Positions 24,864 to 37,768 of a stretch of DNA of 64,000 bases are shown here, in pieces. The stretch lies in the NCBI GenBank assembly GCA_965153455.1, contig OZ234493.1, forward strand, positions 11,460,213 through 11,524,212, given 5' to 3'. The stretch comes from Sphagnum compactum. Its lineage: Eukaryota. The translations under genes were made by a program, and so were the position numbers. The first letter of the stretch is position 1, and every line of letters begins with the position of its first letter. Below the pieces are notes generated by a model. That model saw nothing but the letters and a program-made list of their open reading frames with translations. It was not told where the DNA came from and did no database searches.

Positions 24864-27496
24864 TCAATTGCTGCCAAGAAGAGAGGCCAAACCAAGGCCA
24901 ATGGATTCCTTGCCATGTTTGTCAAATGGATCATCACCAATGTAGAGGTCAAACAGTGACCGACACAACAATGCACTTTGCAAATTACCAACCTCCTTTC
25001 CATCAACTGCAGAACCAGATCAACAGAAACAAACCCCATCAGAAATTTGAGCACATCTCACATCAGAGACAAGGTTCACATTTCAAACTGCTCTTTCCTG
25101 GCATTGCATATGCCAAATGGGTATAGCCATTACTTTTGGTCTGAAGAACATAGCCAGGGAGCCGAGTGAGGTCAATGGAAGTCCCTCGGGGAAGCTTTAT
25201 GTCATCCTTAAATGCACTGGTGAACCTGTGAAAACAACCCATGTCAAAACCTTTTCTGCCACACTTAGCACTGGAAATAATTACTCCATCAGTGAGAGGC
25301 TCACTAAGTGAAACCTTCCTGAAAACATTCAAAATAAAAATGATTTGTCAATGTTGTACTAAATGTCCACTATGAAACCCTCTAAATGAGCCCAATAAAC
25401 TGCTGTTCATGCTCTACCAAAGGTCACAGACCCAAGGCATGGATGTAAGGTTGAGACCAAAAGGCTTACAAGCAAAAATAGGAAAATGAAGACAGCAGAT
25501 CAGGCAGGCACACAGGGAGCTAGCTACCTTGAAAGCAGATCGCCATCTTCCCCATTGCTGAACTTTTTGATTCGACCACCTACTGACTCTTCAAAGGCAC
25601 TACGCATGCTGCCTATTTTAAGGTTCCCATACACAATGACCAAGCGGACTGTTAGTCCCACATCCTTTTCTATAACATCTTTATAGAAACCTGGATTCTT
25701 TTTCAGTTCATCAGAGGTCATGCTGCCATACTGGACACTCAGCTTGCCTCTCAAACTTTCAGGATCGGCATAAACTCCTGTCAGTCATCACAGTGCAAAC
25801 CATTGATGAGTACCAATCATCACTTGATTCCTGATGATAAATACAAAACTCAGGAGGCCATAATAGGTATTGGCAAAGGAGAAGAACACTTGCTCTGGCT
25901 ATCATAATCTTCCATTGATGGATGGATGTCCAAACTAGATCTATTCTTAAGAATTCTTGAGGACTTCTGTTTGAAAGCACCTTTCCATAATCACTGGGGT
26001 GTGACATTTGACCCTTTGCACAAGAATCCAACCCTAAAAAATAATATGAAAACAGTGGAGCAAATAAACAGGACAGAGCAAGATGTGCATATCAGCTGTG
26101 AAAGACATAAGAGGTAGAAAATTACCGAATGTGTAGACGGTAATTTTCTTCAATCCCAATATGCTCTTTGTTCGCAAACCTGTACCAGTAAGCAGCTGGC
26201 ATTTGTTCAAGACGCCTGGGAATGTCATCCCTGTCTTTGGCTCCACTACCTGACCACACCAAGCATTCTGTCTTTCAACAAACTTTGAATAAAAATAAAA
26301 CTCATGCCATAATCCACTTCTACCATGACCAGAATGCTTCTTAAGACAGCACCTCTCCATCAATCCTTACACAATAAATTCATCACTGCCCCCCTTGAAT
26401 GTGGAACTACTGAGAGAACGTGCTATCACTTCTCAACCCTGGAGCAAAAACAGAGATGCACAGAAATATTGAATACGATGCTACTTCCATGATCAAGCAG
26501 GAAAAGATGTGGCATTGCTGAGAGATTGTGACACTGCTCATGCCTGGAGCAAAAGTATGAGATGAAAAGAATGCACACAACATGATGATTACCATGCCAC
26601 TTCCGTGATCAAGCAGCAAGAAATGTGGCATTGCTGAGAGAATGCAACACTGCTCAATCCTAGAGCAAAAATAGGAGATGAAAAGAATGCACACAACATG
26701 ATGATTACCATGCCACTTCCATGATGAAACAAGAGATGTGGTATTGCTGAGAGAATGTGAGAGATTGTATGAGAATGCGACACTGCTCAATCCCAGAGCG
26801 AAACTATGAGATGAAAAGAATGCACACAACATGATAATTATCATGCCACTTCCATGATGAAGCAAGAGATGTGGCATTGCTGAGAGAATGAGACACTGCT
26901 CAATCCTGGAGCAAAACTATGAGATGAAAAGAGTGCACACAATATGATGATGATCATGTGCTGCTTCCATGATCAAGCAAGAGATTGACATTGCTGAGGA
27001 TATGAAACATTGCTCAATCCTGGAGCAAAACTATGAGATGGAAAGAATGCACACAATATGATAATGATCACCATGCCGCTTCCATGATCAAGAAAGAGAT
27101 GTGCAATTGCTGAGAGAATGTGACAGTGCTCAAACCCTGAAGCCAAACTGGGTGATGAGATTCCAGAGCCTGAGAGAATCAAAGACCCACCTCCTCCTCG
27201 ACCTGGCCGAGTCCAGCATTCAGCGAGAGCGCTGCAAAAGAAGAAGAAGAAGACGAATTCTTCAACCAGGAAAAAGCCAACTCGCTTCCACCCATCAGTG
27301 TTTGCGAGATGGTCTGCTCCAATGCTGCCCTCTGCGCGGCGAGATGCGGAGTGCACAGAGTTAGACCTGCTACCGTAGCAGCAGCAGTCCCCACACCCAC
27401 AATCGCTTTCCATCGCTGGCTTACGCGAGTCCAGTTGCTCCCGGCGGGAAATTGCCCCCATCCAGACAACCCTGACGGCGTCGGAACCCCAGACAT
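24864..27496 (-). CDS. FAP1: Chalcone-isomerase-fold fatty-acid-binding protein FAP1-like, 5 exons (27496-27191, 26249-26126, 25777-25528, 25225-25134, 25006-24864)
   Basis: VVEPKTGMTFP..GLRTKSILGLKKITVYTFGVYAD..VRLVIVYGNL..AFEESVG.RIKKF..FTSAFKDDIKLPRGTSIDLT..SALLCRSLFDLYIGDDPFDK; GT-AG sites with matching phases; N-terminal Ser/Ala-rich extension. Confidence 0.9.
26420..27142. repeat. Intronic minisatellite, ~6 copies of a ~115-120-bp unit in FAP1 intron 1
   Basis: Recurrent CTCAATCCTGGAGCAAAACTATGAGATGAAAAGAATGCACACAACATGATGATTACCATGCCACTTCCATGATCAAGCAAGAGATGTGGCATTGCTGAGAGAATG. Confidence 0.9.
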
Positions 27497-29228
27497 GGCT
27501 CTCGAAAATTTGTATTCTCCCGTTTGTCTGTGACTAAAAGTCTGACTGTCTCTCTGTGTCTACAACTTTGCTAAGAACTCTGGTCTCATCTCCCGTCTCT
27601 CATCTCTCTTGTGTGTGTGTCTCTCTCTCCGTATCTCTCTTTGTCTTTCTTGTGTGTCTGCAACTCTTGTCGTGTACTGACACATGGTACACTTCGGACA
27701 CAAGTATCATCGAGAGCGTGCATGCATTAGGTGGTTCCTAACGCGTCTGATCGACATCGAAAGTTCCCTGCTCTCGATTCCGACTGTCGTCCTTGAATTC
27801 AAACACCTTCGCATGAAGCGCAGCGGATTTCCAGAGATGTCCGATGGATGATGTTAGCCGGGGAATTTTAGGTTTAAACGGAACAAGGTGCCTTGGAGCA
27901 TCTCCACCGCACGCCTGCAAACACCCCTTTCCATTAAATCTTGCAGCAGGATAGCCTGTATTGATGGCGATTTTGCAGTGGTCATTTTAAGCCCATCAAA
28001 ATCCTTTTTTCTAGTACGGATTTGGACAGTGACTATTACTCGTCCAGATGTAAAGACATAAATGGTCTTTGAGTGTTTAAAGGGACTTTTATTATGACAT
28101 TTGTAGGTGGGGACAGTGATCATTAAACACTATTCTATTTTAACATGAAGGAGTTGTTTACAATTGTTTCGCTGTGGAGATGCTCTTAGAGAATCCCTAG
28201 CAGTGCTCACTATGTTGTTGCCCTGCAAAAATAATTTCACATCCAAGTTCCAGTGACAATGATTCGTCCAAGCTGGTTTAGGTATTTGTTGGCCTTGCCT
28301 ACTACCAAGGCAAGGATATTGTGGTTAGATTCATTATAGAGTATGGTAGCTTAAGGGATTTTTATAGGCCCCTAGGTAATAATAATAATAGGTCTATTTT
28401 TTATAGGAGGATTTTTGAAAGATGATATATATTTTGGCTTGTCTTGAAACTTGAGATTATTAGTTATAGAGTTATAATATCGTGAAGGATTTGGGTTTCT
28501 TTTAGAGGATTTTTGGAAGATTATATTTTTGCATGGTGAAATATATTTGAGTTTCCATAATTCTTCTTCTTTTGCCTTAAGATACTTTTTAATGTAAATG
28601 GCAAGGCTACAGTGTGACACACCCCTTGTTGAAGTTGGTTTAAGTATGACAACTTTAGGTCCACAAGAAGGCTTTGTTGTTGTCATAGGTTGCACAATTC
28701 CAAATTGGAATTTGTTTAGTCCATTCCAAAGTAAAAAGACATGAAAAAGACAGTTTTTAGATTTTTGTGTTTGTTTTAAAGTTTTTGTTTTCAACACTAT
28801 ATTCACAAGAAGATTTTGAATATTTTTTCCATCCATTTGCATTTTATTTATTTAAAATTAAATTTGGATTCAATTCAATTAAATCTTAATCCAACTGTTA
28901 ATTTCAATTAAGTTGAATTGGAAAATTTTAATTTCATTCAATATATTTGAATTCTACTCAATTCAAGTTGCATTGTAATGTTGTTCACGTCTCAATTTCA
29001 TGTGAATTAATGTTTCTCATTTTAAGAACATTCAAAGAAAAACTCTTCACGAAGATATTTGTCCTTTCCTTATTTTTTCAATATTTTTAATCTTGGTGCA
29101 AATAAGGAAGATTTATTGCATGTTTCACATTGTATCATATCATCATTACCTTTTAGTTGAAATTCATTCATGTAAAAGTTATTCAGCATGTCATGTCATT
29201 AACATATGAACATGTGTTGTTTGATTAG

Positions 29229-29540
29229 GCTTCATATGAATATGTTGACATTGTTCAAGAGATTGTCAACAAAGGAATAAACGTCAATGCAAAAGGTGAG
29301 AATGGAAATATGTTTTTGACATATAGCATGTGGAAACAACCATGATGGAATCATTTCGATAAATTTGGTACTCAATCTCCTCTTTACTTTTTAAAATAAA
29401 ATAAAATATAAATTGAATACATTTATGTGATTTCTTACAATTATGTAAATATTATGTGAGAATTATATTCACAAAGGGCAAGAGGGAGCAAATGTCAAAG
29501 CACATTATGAGTGTGATAATGATCCAATGAAAATGTGTTT
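29229..29540 (+). pseudogene. Ankyrin-repeat gene remnant
   Basis: YVDIVQEIVNKGINVNAKGENGNMFL/(shift)IACGNNHDGII between AG and GT, then QEGANVKAH; fits the ankyrin consensus IVxxLxxxGADVNAKxxxGxTPLH. Confidence 0.5.
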
Positions 29541-30423
29541 CAAACACAAAACAAAAATGAAGGTTGACAATAGAATTAAAAATATTAAAAATGTGTCAAA
29601 TTATGTATTTATCACATAGAGTGTGATTTTTTATGAAACATTTATAGTCAAGAGTTTTTTATGTTTGAGTATGCACATTTTTTTTTTCCTTTCATTGTGA
29701 TTTGCACTGATATAAATGTGTTACACAACAAATGATGTTCATTATGTGTGCATTATGTGAAAAGAAATGATTGAAAGAATTAGTGGACCAAAAAATGAAA
29801 GATGTATTACCCTCCTTAATGTTTTTCTTACATATTTTCTTTTTTGGCTAACAACTTATTTTGATAAGTGTTTTGATAATTTGATTAAGTTTTATACATC
29901 ATATCGTTATTTTCTAACACAAGCCATATGGTATACATCTTTCAAGAATGAGGAAAAAAATTGAAAGATTTAAAACTTACATATTTGTCAAATTACTTAA
30001 CAAAGATAAAACAAATTCAAGATGTAGTAATACAAAAAAAATTGTTCAAATAATGGTTAAAGAGGCATATTTGTGAATAATGTTAGTATTGAAATCCACA
30101 TTTGACATTTTGTTGACTTGTAAAATCAATATTTAGCAAAATTGAACAAGGATGTATGGGTGTTTCCAAAACATTAAACATGCAAAATGTCATTTGATCA
30201 TTGTTACAAAATGATGTACATAATATGAATAAATGAATAAATGAATAAATGTAATTTTGTGCATGTCTTGTGACAAAAATAATGTGTTATTAACAATCTA
30301 TTGGGATAATGACATGTTTGACAATCAAAATTTTCCTATCACAAATATATAATAAAACCTTTGCATGAGTATTCTATTGAATAAAAGTGATTTTTTAATG
30401 TATTCATGATTGATTAAGTTTGT

Positions 30424-31335
30424 TGTTGCAACCCTAACATTGGGTTCACGATTAAGAGTGAAGTCCAAGGGCCCATGAGGGTGAGAATGTGTTTTAGGTG
30501 TGAAACACACTTTCACAAATAAGGGAGAGTGCAAGGGATGAAGCTCAATGACTCTCAAATGCAACTCCTACTTTGGGGGTTGCATTCGTGTGGGAGTTGT
30601 GAATGTTTAGAGCCTTGATTGGAAGGGCAAGCAAGCACCAAATTGGGCCCCTAGGACACATTAGAAAGGTCTTGAAGCGTAGATGCTTCAAATGCCCTTG
30701 CATTGTTCATTTAAACTTGATTTGCATGAGTTATGATCAAAAGAAGAGGTGAGAATCAAATTGGGAATTTGACTCCCGACCACAAATCCTTTGAAAGCAA
30801 GGGTCAAATGAGGTCCAATTGGAGCGTGCTATACATCATTAGAAAGATATTTTCAAGGGTTATAAAATATTGTGTTCGAGCTATCGAAAAAAAACTTGAT
30901 TTTAGAAAGATATTAGATTCAAAGTTTTGGGACAACAAAAGTCTTAGTTTTGGGACTCCCACTTGGGAGTCCCGGGAAAAAGTGACATTTGGATGTAGTC
31001 TCGCGGAAAGGCACAAATTACATTATAGGGAAGGGAGTGGTGCCTCCTCCCAAAGGTTGTGAGCTGTGTGAAGCTTGTGCTTGAGGTTGTCCCTACTAAG
31101 TTCGTCGCATCACTTCCATTTGACTTGCACTAATTGCCTTTTTTTCTTAGTTGTGCAAGTTGATATAATTTTCATTTCTTGCTTATGAATTCGTCCTAGT
31201 CCCATTTCAGAGTTCCAGCACGCCCTCCTACCCCCGAAGTGCCGAGTTAAGGAACGTGCCCTAGCTCTATTCTTCTTTCACTGTTTCGTTCTAGGACCCA
31301 CCTTTGGGTCCCTTGAAGAGTTTGGGGGGGCTTCA
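30424..31335 (+). mobile_element. Solo-LTR-like repeat (~910 bp)
   Basis: Begins TGTTGCAACCC and ends GGGGCTTCA (TG...CA); more GC-rich than its flanks; a related start sequence lies inverted at ~3320-3353; TSD not exact. Confidence 0.55.
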
Positions 31336-31476
31336 TTTTGTGATATTTTCATTAGTTTTTAAAACATCATTAATTATATGGATAAATGACCAACATTGTC
31401 CTTATTACAAATGTTATTGTTTGATGATAAATCCTAATAAATTCATAATATAAAAATTATTGATTTTTTATAATAT

Positions 31477-31630
31477 CACTACTACAAAATGTGGGTGCAA
31501 TTCACTAGTCCCCGTTCACTAGACCAATGAATTGACTGCTTCTTCACTGGTCCCCATTCACTATAACCAGTGAATTCACTCAAAATCTAGTGAAATCACT
31601 TGGCATACAGGGACACCTTTTGTTGTAGTG
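31477..31630. mobile_element. 154-bp miniature CACTA element
   Basis: CACTACTACAAAA...TTTTGTTGTAGTG TIRs, TAT target-site duplication, internal TTCACTAG/CTAGTGAA motifs. Confidence 0.9.
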
Positions 31631-34600
31631 TATGAATTTAAAATATCCTTGTAACTTATGAAAATCTTTAAAAATATTGTGTGTTTTATATTGCATGAAT
31701 ATATCGGGGTTATAATTTTCTTTCAATGTGTGTCATTAATTGAATTAAATGCATGGGAAAATCAATGACTTGTTAACAGAGAAGTTTTACAAAAAGGAAA
31801 AAAAAATGATTAAGTTTACTCACAAATTGGGTGCAAAATGAAACAGGCAACACTTTAAAAACCATGATATTAAACTCTAGTTTATATTGAAAATAAAATT
31901 ATAAATAAACCAATATGAGAGTTCCATTATAATTATAATTAAGAAATAAAGTATAATTCATAAATGATTTCTTGCGTCAACTTTGGTTAATTTTAATATT
32001 AGTGAAAACTTGACCCATTTATCCCAAAAAATTTGAACTTTTAAATCATTATGATTGTTGTTAGGCCAAGGTTTTGAAAGGACATCCCAAAATAAGATGT
32101 TGATTTAACAACATTTCCAAATCAAACCATCCCTATTTAAAATTCAAATTGGTGTGATGTTTTAGTTCAAGAATGACCTAAGTTTTTTCAACAACAAAAA
32201 GACACCCAAAGAACACCAAAGATGACCAAAAAGGGGAACAACAAAAAGATGGGAATGTTGACAAAGAATGATAAAATAACAACAAACAATGACATGGTGT
32301 TGGAAAGGCACATTGAAACATTAGGGGCACTAGGTTCCATACATGATTTTTTTCCTTTTTAGGCAATAAGGGGCACCAAGATGTTAAGGGTTGAGGGCAT
32401 TGGATACAATGTTGGAGGGCACCAAAAATACGTAGAAAATGTTGTGGGCATTAGGGACAAATATATTATATATGTTATACATATATATTTCAAACCAAGG
32501 GTCATTGGGAAACATGGTAGGAAGGGCATTGAGGCATGTTGGAAAGGCCCAAAAAAATATATTTTGAAACAATGAGGGTGCCAAAAAGGACATCATGGAT
32601 GTTAGAATATTAATGTTTTTGTGAGTGAAAATTGTATATCATATTCTAGAATTAATGGAAATGAAAATGATTCCATGGACAATTTATATGATCATGATTA
32701 CCAATCTTTAGTAACCAATTATTTTAAAATAAAATATAAATATATTAATATTTGGGTGCAATCACAATCCAATGAACCAGAATGGGTGTTAGACCACAAA
32801 GAAAAATAGTCAGAATAGGATAAATATTTATGTTTTGCCATTTAAAGCCATGGCAATCATGACAAGTTATTGTTTTTTCATTCATACGAATGTCAAGGAC
32901 TTCAAACCAAAAATCCATTTGATGAAATTTTAGGTTTAAGTTTTAATTTAGGACCTTTGAAAATGAACAGCAATGTGTTGGATAGTAGTCAATTTTGCAA
33001 AGGACTATAAAAAAGACTCATATAATAAAACACATTTGATGGGGAAAAAAAAAAAGGATAAATACCTATTAACCACATTAAAAAAACATTCATACCATAA
33101 GATATGTGGAATTGTAGAAGTTTAAAAATTCAAAGAACTTTCCAAAATTGATCCACAATTTTAAAACTTCAAAAGTTTTTTACCACACATAATGTACATG
33201 ATGTGTTTAAAAAAGTTGTAGTTTACTATACAAGAAAACATATAAATGTAGAAAAATAAAAATTGGTTATGATTTGAAATTATTATCATTTTTAAAAACG
33301 AAACACTAAATTTACAAGGAATTAGGACACTTTTAAAAATTCATATTTATTCAAAAATGATGAAGAAAAAACGTGTCATGTACTTGGACAACTATAAGTA
33401 TTTATTATAACAAGTTGCAAAAAAATTATTCTAAAATACATTCATATGAAAAAGTTTTTTTTGGGAAAAAAGGACATATGCAATCCTTTTTAATAGTAAT
33501 CCTATTGGCTCATTGTATCCTGTTTGCACCCATTTGACCTTATGTTATTTGTCAGCACTTGTAATGTGAAGTAGTGCAAAGCCCAAGTTTAGTTATTTAC
33601 TTTAAGGTAACCCCAACAACAAAATTGAAACTAGGATTGCAAATGAGTGAAAGACTATTAATAACAAACCACTTGGACCAATTATTACCAATTAGAAATA
33701 GGGAGCAATAGTTAGATAACATTAGTTACATTCTTTTTTGATAGATACATGCACAATTTTGTTGCACCTTTTGCCAAATTTAACAAATTGTGTAAAAATG
33801 TAGGAATAAAACCATTTTCCTGAGCTGATTTGACATTGGCATATTCCAATTTTTCTTCATCTAATTTCATTATTCATGGTCACATATTGAACACTATTGG
33901 GGATGTTCTTAATCACAAATATATTTTGTGTTTAATGTTGTTATATTGTTTGGTTTGTTGTGCAACTAAATTTGATGTGACACATTTTTGTCTCTTTGAT
34001 TTTGTGGCATGTAAGGCTTCAAGGAATGGGCATTCTTAAAATAAGGGCTTGTTGCCTGAAGTGAAAGCTTGCCTTCATATGTTTTGGGCCATTAGGAATG
34101 ATTCATAAATGCCTTATGGGGTGTAAAGCCTGACATGGTGGAATGGGCCTTATTTGCATATGGAAATTACGTTTGAAGGAGGGAAATTACAATAGGTAAT
34201 TTATTTATGTGCGTGCATAAGAACCCACCATGCAAGGGTTTACACATTACAACATGTATGCACATAGAGATACCTTGTGTGATTTAAGGTAGTTGTCATT
34301 GACACTGGCAAATTTCTAGGAGGATTTTGTCTTTTTCAATTTTTTATCCATGAGAGGTGAAAGAGTTTGGATCATCATTTGCCAATTGTTTATGTAAGGT
34401 AATGGTTGGTATTCCCCACCCTAGGTGGAACCTTTCACTACAAGAAATCATGGTTTTTTGACTGGGAATTTTGGTTAAAAAAATCCCCCATATGATTTTT
34501 TTGCCTTCATGTCCAATTTGACAAAAATGCCAATTTAGACAAGTCGATTTGGACCTGAGCATTTTGACTAAATCTCACTACTACCAAAGTGAGGTGTAAT

Positions 34601-35319
34601 TTACTAGCTTAAATCACCATAGGACCTTAAAAGTGAAATAACTTCATTGCATTTTACTGATTTCACCTAGTGAAAGTTATTTCATTATAATATCACTATG
34701 TAGACATCATGTTTCATTTCTAGTTAACATAATTCACTATTACAATTTAATATAGCAAATAGGTTTATTTCTATATTTTTTAAAATATTCTATCTATGTT
34801 ACTTTATGATATATCCTATATTATTTGAAGCTACTTTAGTTATTCTAACTTATATTTTATGTTATTATAGGCTATTATAAATTATTGTACCCTAAATTAT
34901 TATATGTTATTTTACCTTAAAGTATTTTAACTAGTTTATTATAAGCTTTTAAATTATTAAAATTAAATTATTCAACTAATTTTAGGCGATACCTTAGGTT
35001 ATTTTATTTAAAATTAATATATGTTATTTCATGTTATACTTTAAATTATTCAAGGTCATTCTACTTAATGTTATTATAAATTATTTTATCTTAAGCATAA
35101 TAACTTTAAAATAATAACAAAATATAATGACCTAAAGGAAAAATAACTTAGAATATAAAATAATAACCTACGAAAAATAATTTTAAATACCTTACAATGT
35201 AATAACTACCAATAGCCTATGATATTATAACATAAAATATCAAACAATAATTTATAATACAATAATCACCAATGGTTGTAATATAAGATATAATAACCAA
35301 CAGTAACTTATAATACAAT

Positions 35320-35975
35320 AACCATTAATAACCATTAATAAAATAACCATCAATAACCACCAATAAAATAACCACCAATGGCTTACAACAAAATAGGCAC
35401 CAATAGCCATTAATAGAATAACCACCAATAGCCATTAATAGAATAACCACCAATAGCCATTAATAAAATAACCACCAATAGCCATTAATAGATTAATCAC
35501 GAATATCCATTAATAGATTAATCACAAATAGCCATTAATAGAATAACCACTAATAGCCATTAATACATTAATCACGAATATCCATTAATAGATTAATCAC
35601 GAATAACCATTAATAGATTAATCACGAATATCCATTAATAGAATAACCACAATAGCCATTAATACATTAATCACGAATAACCATTAATATAATAACCACT
35701 AATAGCCATTAATAAAATAGCCACCAGTAGCCATTAATAAAATAGCCACCAGTAGCCATTAATAAAATAGCCACCAGTAACCATTCATATAATAGCCACC
35801 AATAGAATAACCACGAATAGCCCCCAATAGAATAACTACTAATGGCCATTAATAGAATAACCACCAATAACTATTAATAGAATAACCACTAAAAAACATT
35901 AACAACCACAAATAGAGTAGGTACCAATAACCATTAATAACCACCAATAGCACTAATAAAAGAACAACCAATAGC
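35320..35975. repeat. ~25-bp minisatellite inside the nested CACTA
   Basis: AATAACCACCAATAGCCATTAATAG and variants, more than 20 units. Confidence 0.9.
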
Positions 35976-35999
35976 CATATATTATAATTGCTTAGGATT

Positions 36000-36470
36000 G
36001 CCAAAAATAATCTAAGGTGAAATAATTTATAATAAACGAAAATAGCTTAAGGTGAAATAATTTTCAATAGCCAAAAGTAACTTATAATAGCTACAAGTAG
36101 TCTAAATTGAAATAATTTACAATAGCCAAAAATAACATAAAATAGACAAAAAAACTTACAATAACTGAAAATAGCATAAGGTGAAATAAATTAAAATAAC
36201 CAAAAATAATTTATAATAACTGCAAGTAGTCTAAATTGAAATAATCTACAATAGCAAAAAATAACATAAAATAGACAAAAAAAACTTACAATAGCTGAAA
36301 ATAGCCTAAGGTGAAATAAGTTAAAATAACTAAAAATAATTTAAAATAACCAAAAGTAGCCTAGGGTGAAATAGTCAAAAATAACCAAAAGTAATTTAAA
36401 ATAGCCATAAATAGCCGTAAATAATGTAGGGTGAAATAATTTAAATTAATGAAAAATAGTCATATAATAA
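36000..36470. repeat. A-rich compound repeat with a ~129-bp higher-order duplication
   Basis: AAGGTGAAATAA units; AAGTAGTCTAAATTGAAATAAT...AAAATAGACAAAAAAACTTACAATA at ~36095 and ~36224. Confidence 0.75.
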
Positions 36471-36785
36471 TTAAAAGTAGTTTAACATAGGTAGTATTAT
36501 TATATTAACAAAAAGAAATCCATTTACTAAAAAGAAAAATTTCAAAAGAATGGTCATTGAAATGTTATGGAATAATGATATTCAACTTTTTTTTTGTTCA
36601 AATGATTTTAAACTTTCAAAAGGAATAAATTTAATTATGTACATTATTGAATATTTAAAAAAGTAAACTTGAATCATTTCATTTGAACAAAATCTCAATA
36701 AGATATGAATTTTCAAAGTTTATGTATTTGTAATGTTTAAAATGAAGTATTTGATAAATAGAATGTAATGTAACATATTATCATA

Positions 36786-36858
36786 GCAAGTGGGATGGTT
36801 TGATGGTAAAGGTGTTTGTCCCCATTCCAAAGGTCAAGGGATCAAACCTCATGGGTGG
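36786..36858 (+). ncRNA. tRNA-derived (Pol III A/B box-like) module
   Basis: TGGTTTGATGGTAAAG (A-box-like) and GGGATCAAACC (B-box-like) at tRNA spacing; no intact cloverleaf. Confidence 0.4.
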
Positions 36859-37699
36859 TGTTGTGTGTGGTCAAAAATGGTATGTTGACCGAATATTCTC
36901 CTATCGAATTCTTAGATTAAATGCCTAGGTTGATTACGTGGCCTACCTACCTAGGCTAGGTTTTTAACCTAGCGTAGGTAATGACACGTGTCAATAAATA
37001 ATAGGCTTTAAAAATCATGAAATTATCAATAGTATTATATATTAAATAATTAAAATTTAATTAATTTCCATACTGGCTAGTTAATTAACTAGGAAGTGAA
37101 TGGTTTGGTAAATTTGTATTTGAAAATAACCTTGTTTCATTAGGTACTAGTGAAACAAGTCATTGTCCGTAGCAACTGGTCCCCGTTCACTATGGGGTCA
37201 AACAATTTCACTAGGTGAAATTGTCCAAATTCACCCAAAAATCTAGTGAAACCCAGAGTGAACTAGGACGCATTTCCTAGTAGTGTCTATTGGGTTGGTT
37301 TTTTTGACCAAGTTTTTTTGATTGAACCATTGCAATAATAGTATAATTTGGGCAATGACCTAAAAACTATATTATTTAAATAATTTAATCTAAAATTAAT
37401 ATGAAAATATTAATTACTTAATTACCCTACCTACCTTACTTAGCTACTTAATTAATAAATTATTAATTAATGCCAAAAATTAATTAATTAATTAAGTTAT
37501 CAACCTTATGTCCTAGGCTTAGGTTTAGGCCACCTAGCTTAACCACCCAGGCTAGACCAAGCTACTTAGGCTACGCCAAGCCCCCTAGGTTAGGCACCTA
37601 AGTTAAACCAAGTAGCCTAAGCTAGGTGGTCTAGTAGCTTTTGCAACCTAGGTTACCTAATTAGGTCACCTAAGTAGCCAAGGTAGCCTAAGTCAGAAA

Positions 37700-37768
37700 T
37701 GTGGGGATTTGAACTCCTCACTTCCACATTGAGGAGTTAAGTCCTTAGCCATTGCACCACCACCCCAT
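37700..37768 (-). ncRNA. tRNA-derived (Pol III A/B box-like) module
   Basis: Minus strand GGGGTGGTGGTGCAATGGCTAAGG...GAGGAGTTCAAATCCCCAC. Confidence 0.45.

Larger units (their letters stand above)
34576..37285. mobile_element. Non-autonomous CACTA element nested in the outer one
   Basis: CACTACTA...TAGTAGTG termini, TCT TSD (34573-34575 and 37286-37288), TTCACTA/TAGTGAA subterminal motifs. Confidence 0.88.

Noticed and set aside
26407-27461. His/Cys-rich repetitive ORFs on the minus strand
   Set aside because: Translations of the intronic minisatellite within FAP1 intron 1
30733-31062. 109-aa ORF
   Set aside because: Lies within the solo-LTR-like repeat; no protein motif recognised
35320-35975. 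CRISPR-like regular repeats
   Set aside because: Contiguous tandem units with no unique spacers, no cas genes, eukaryotic context
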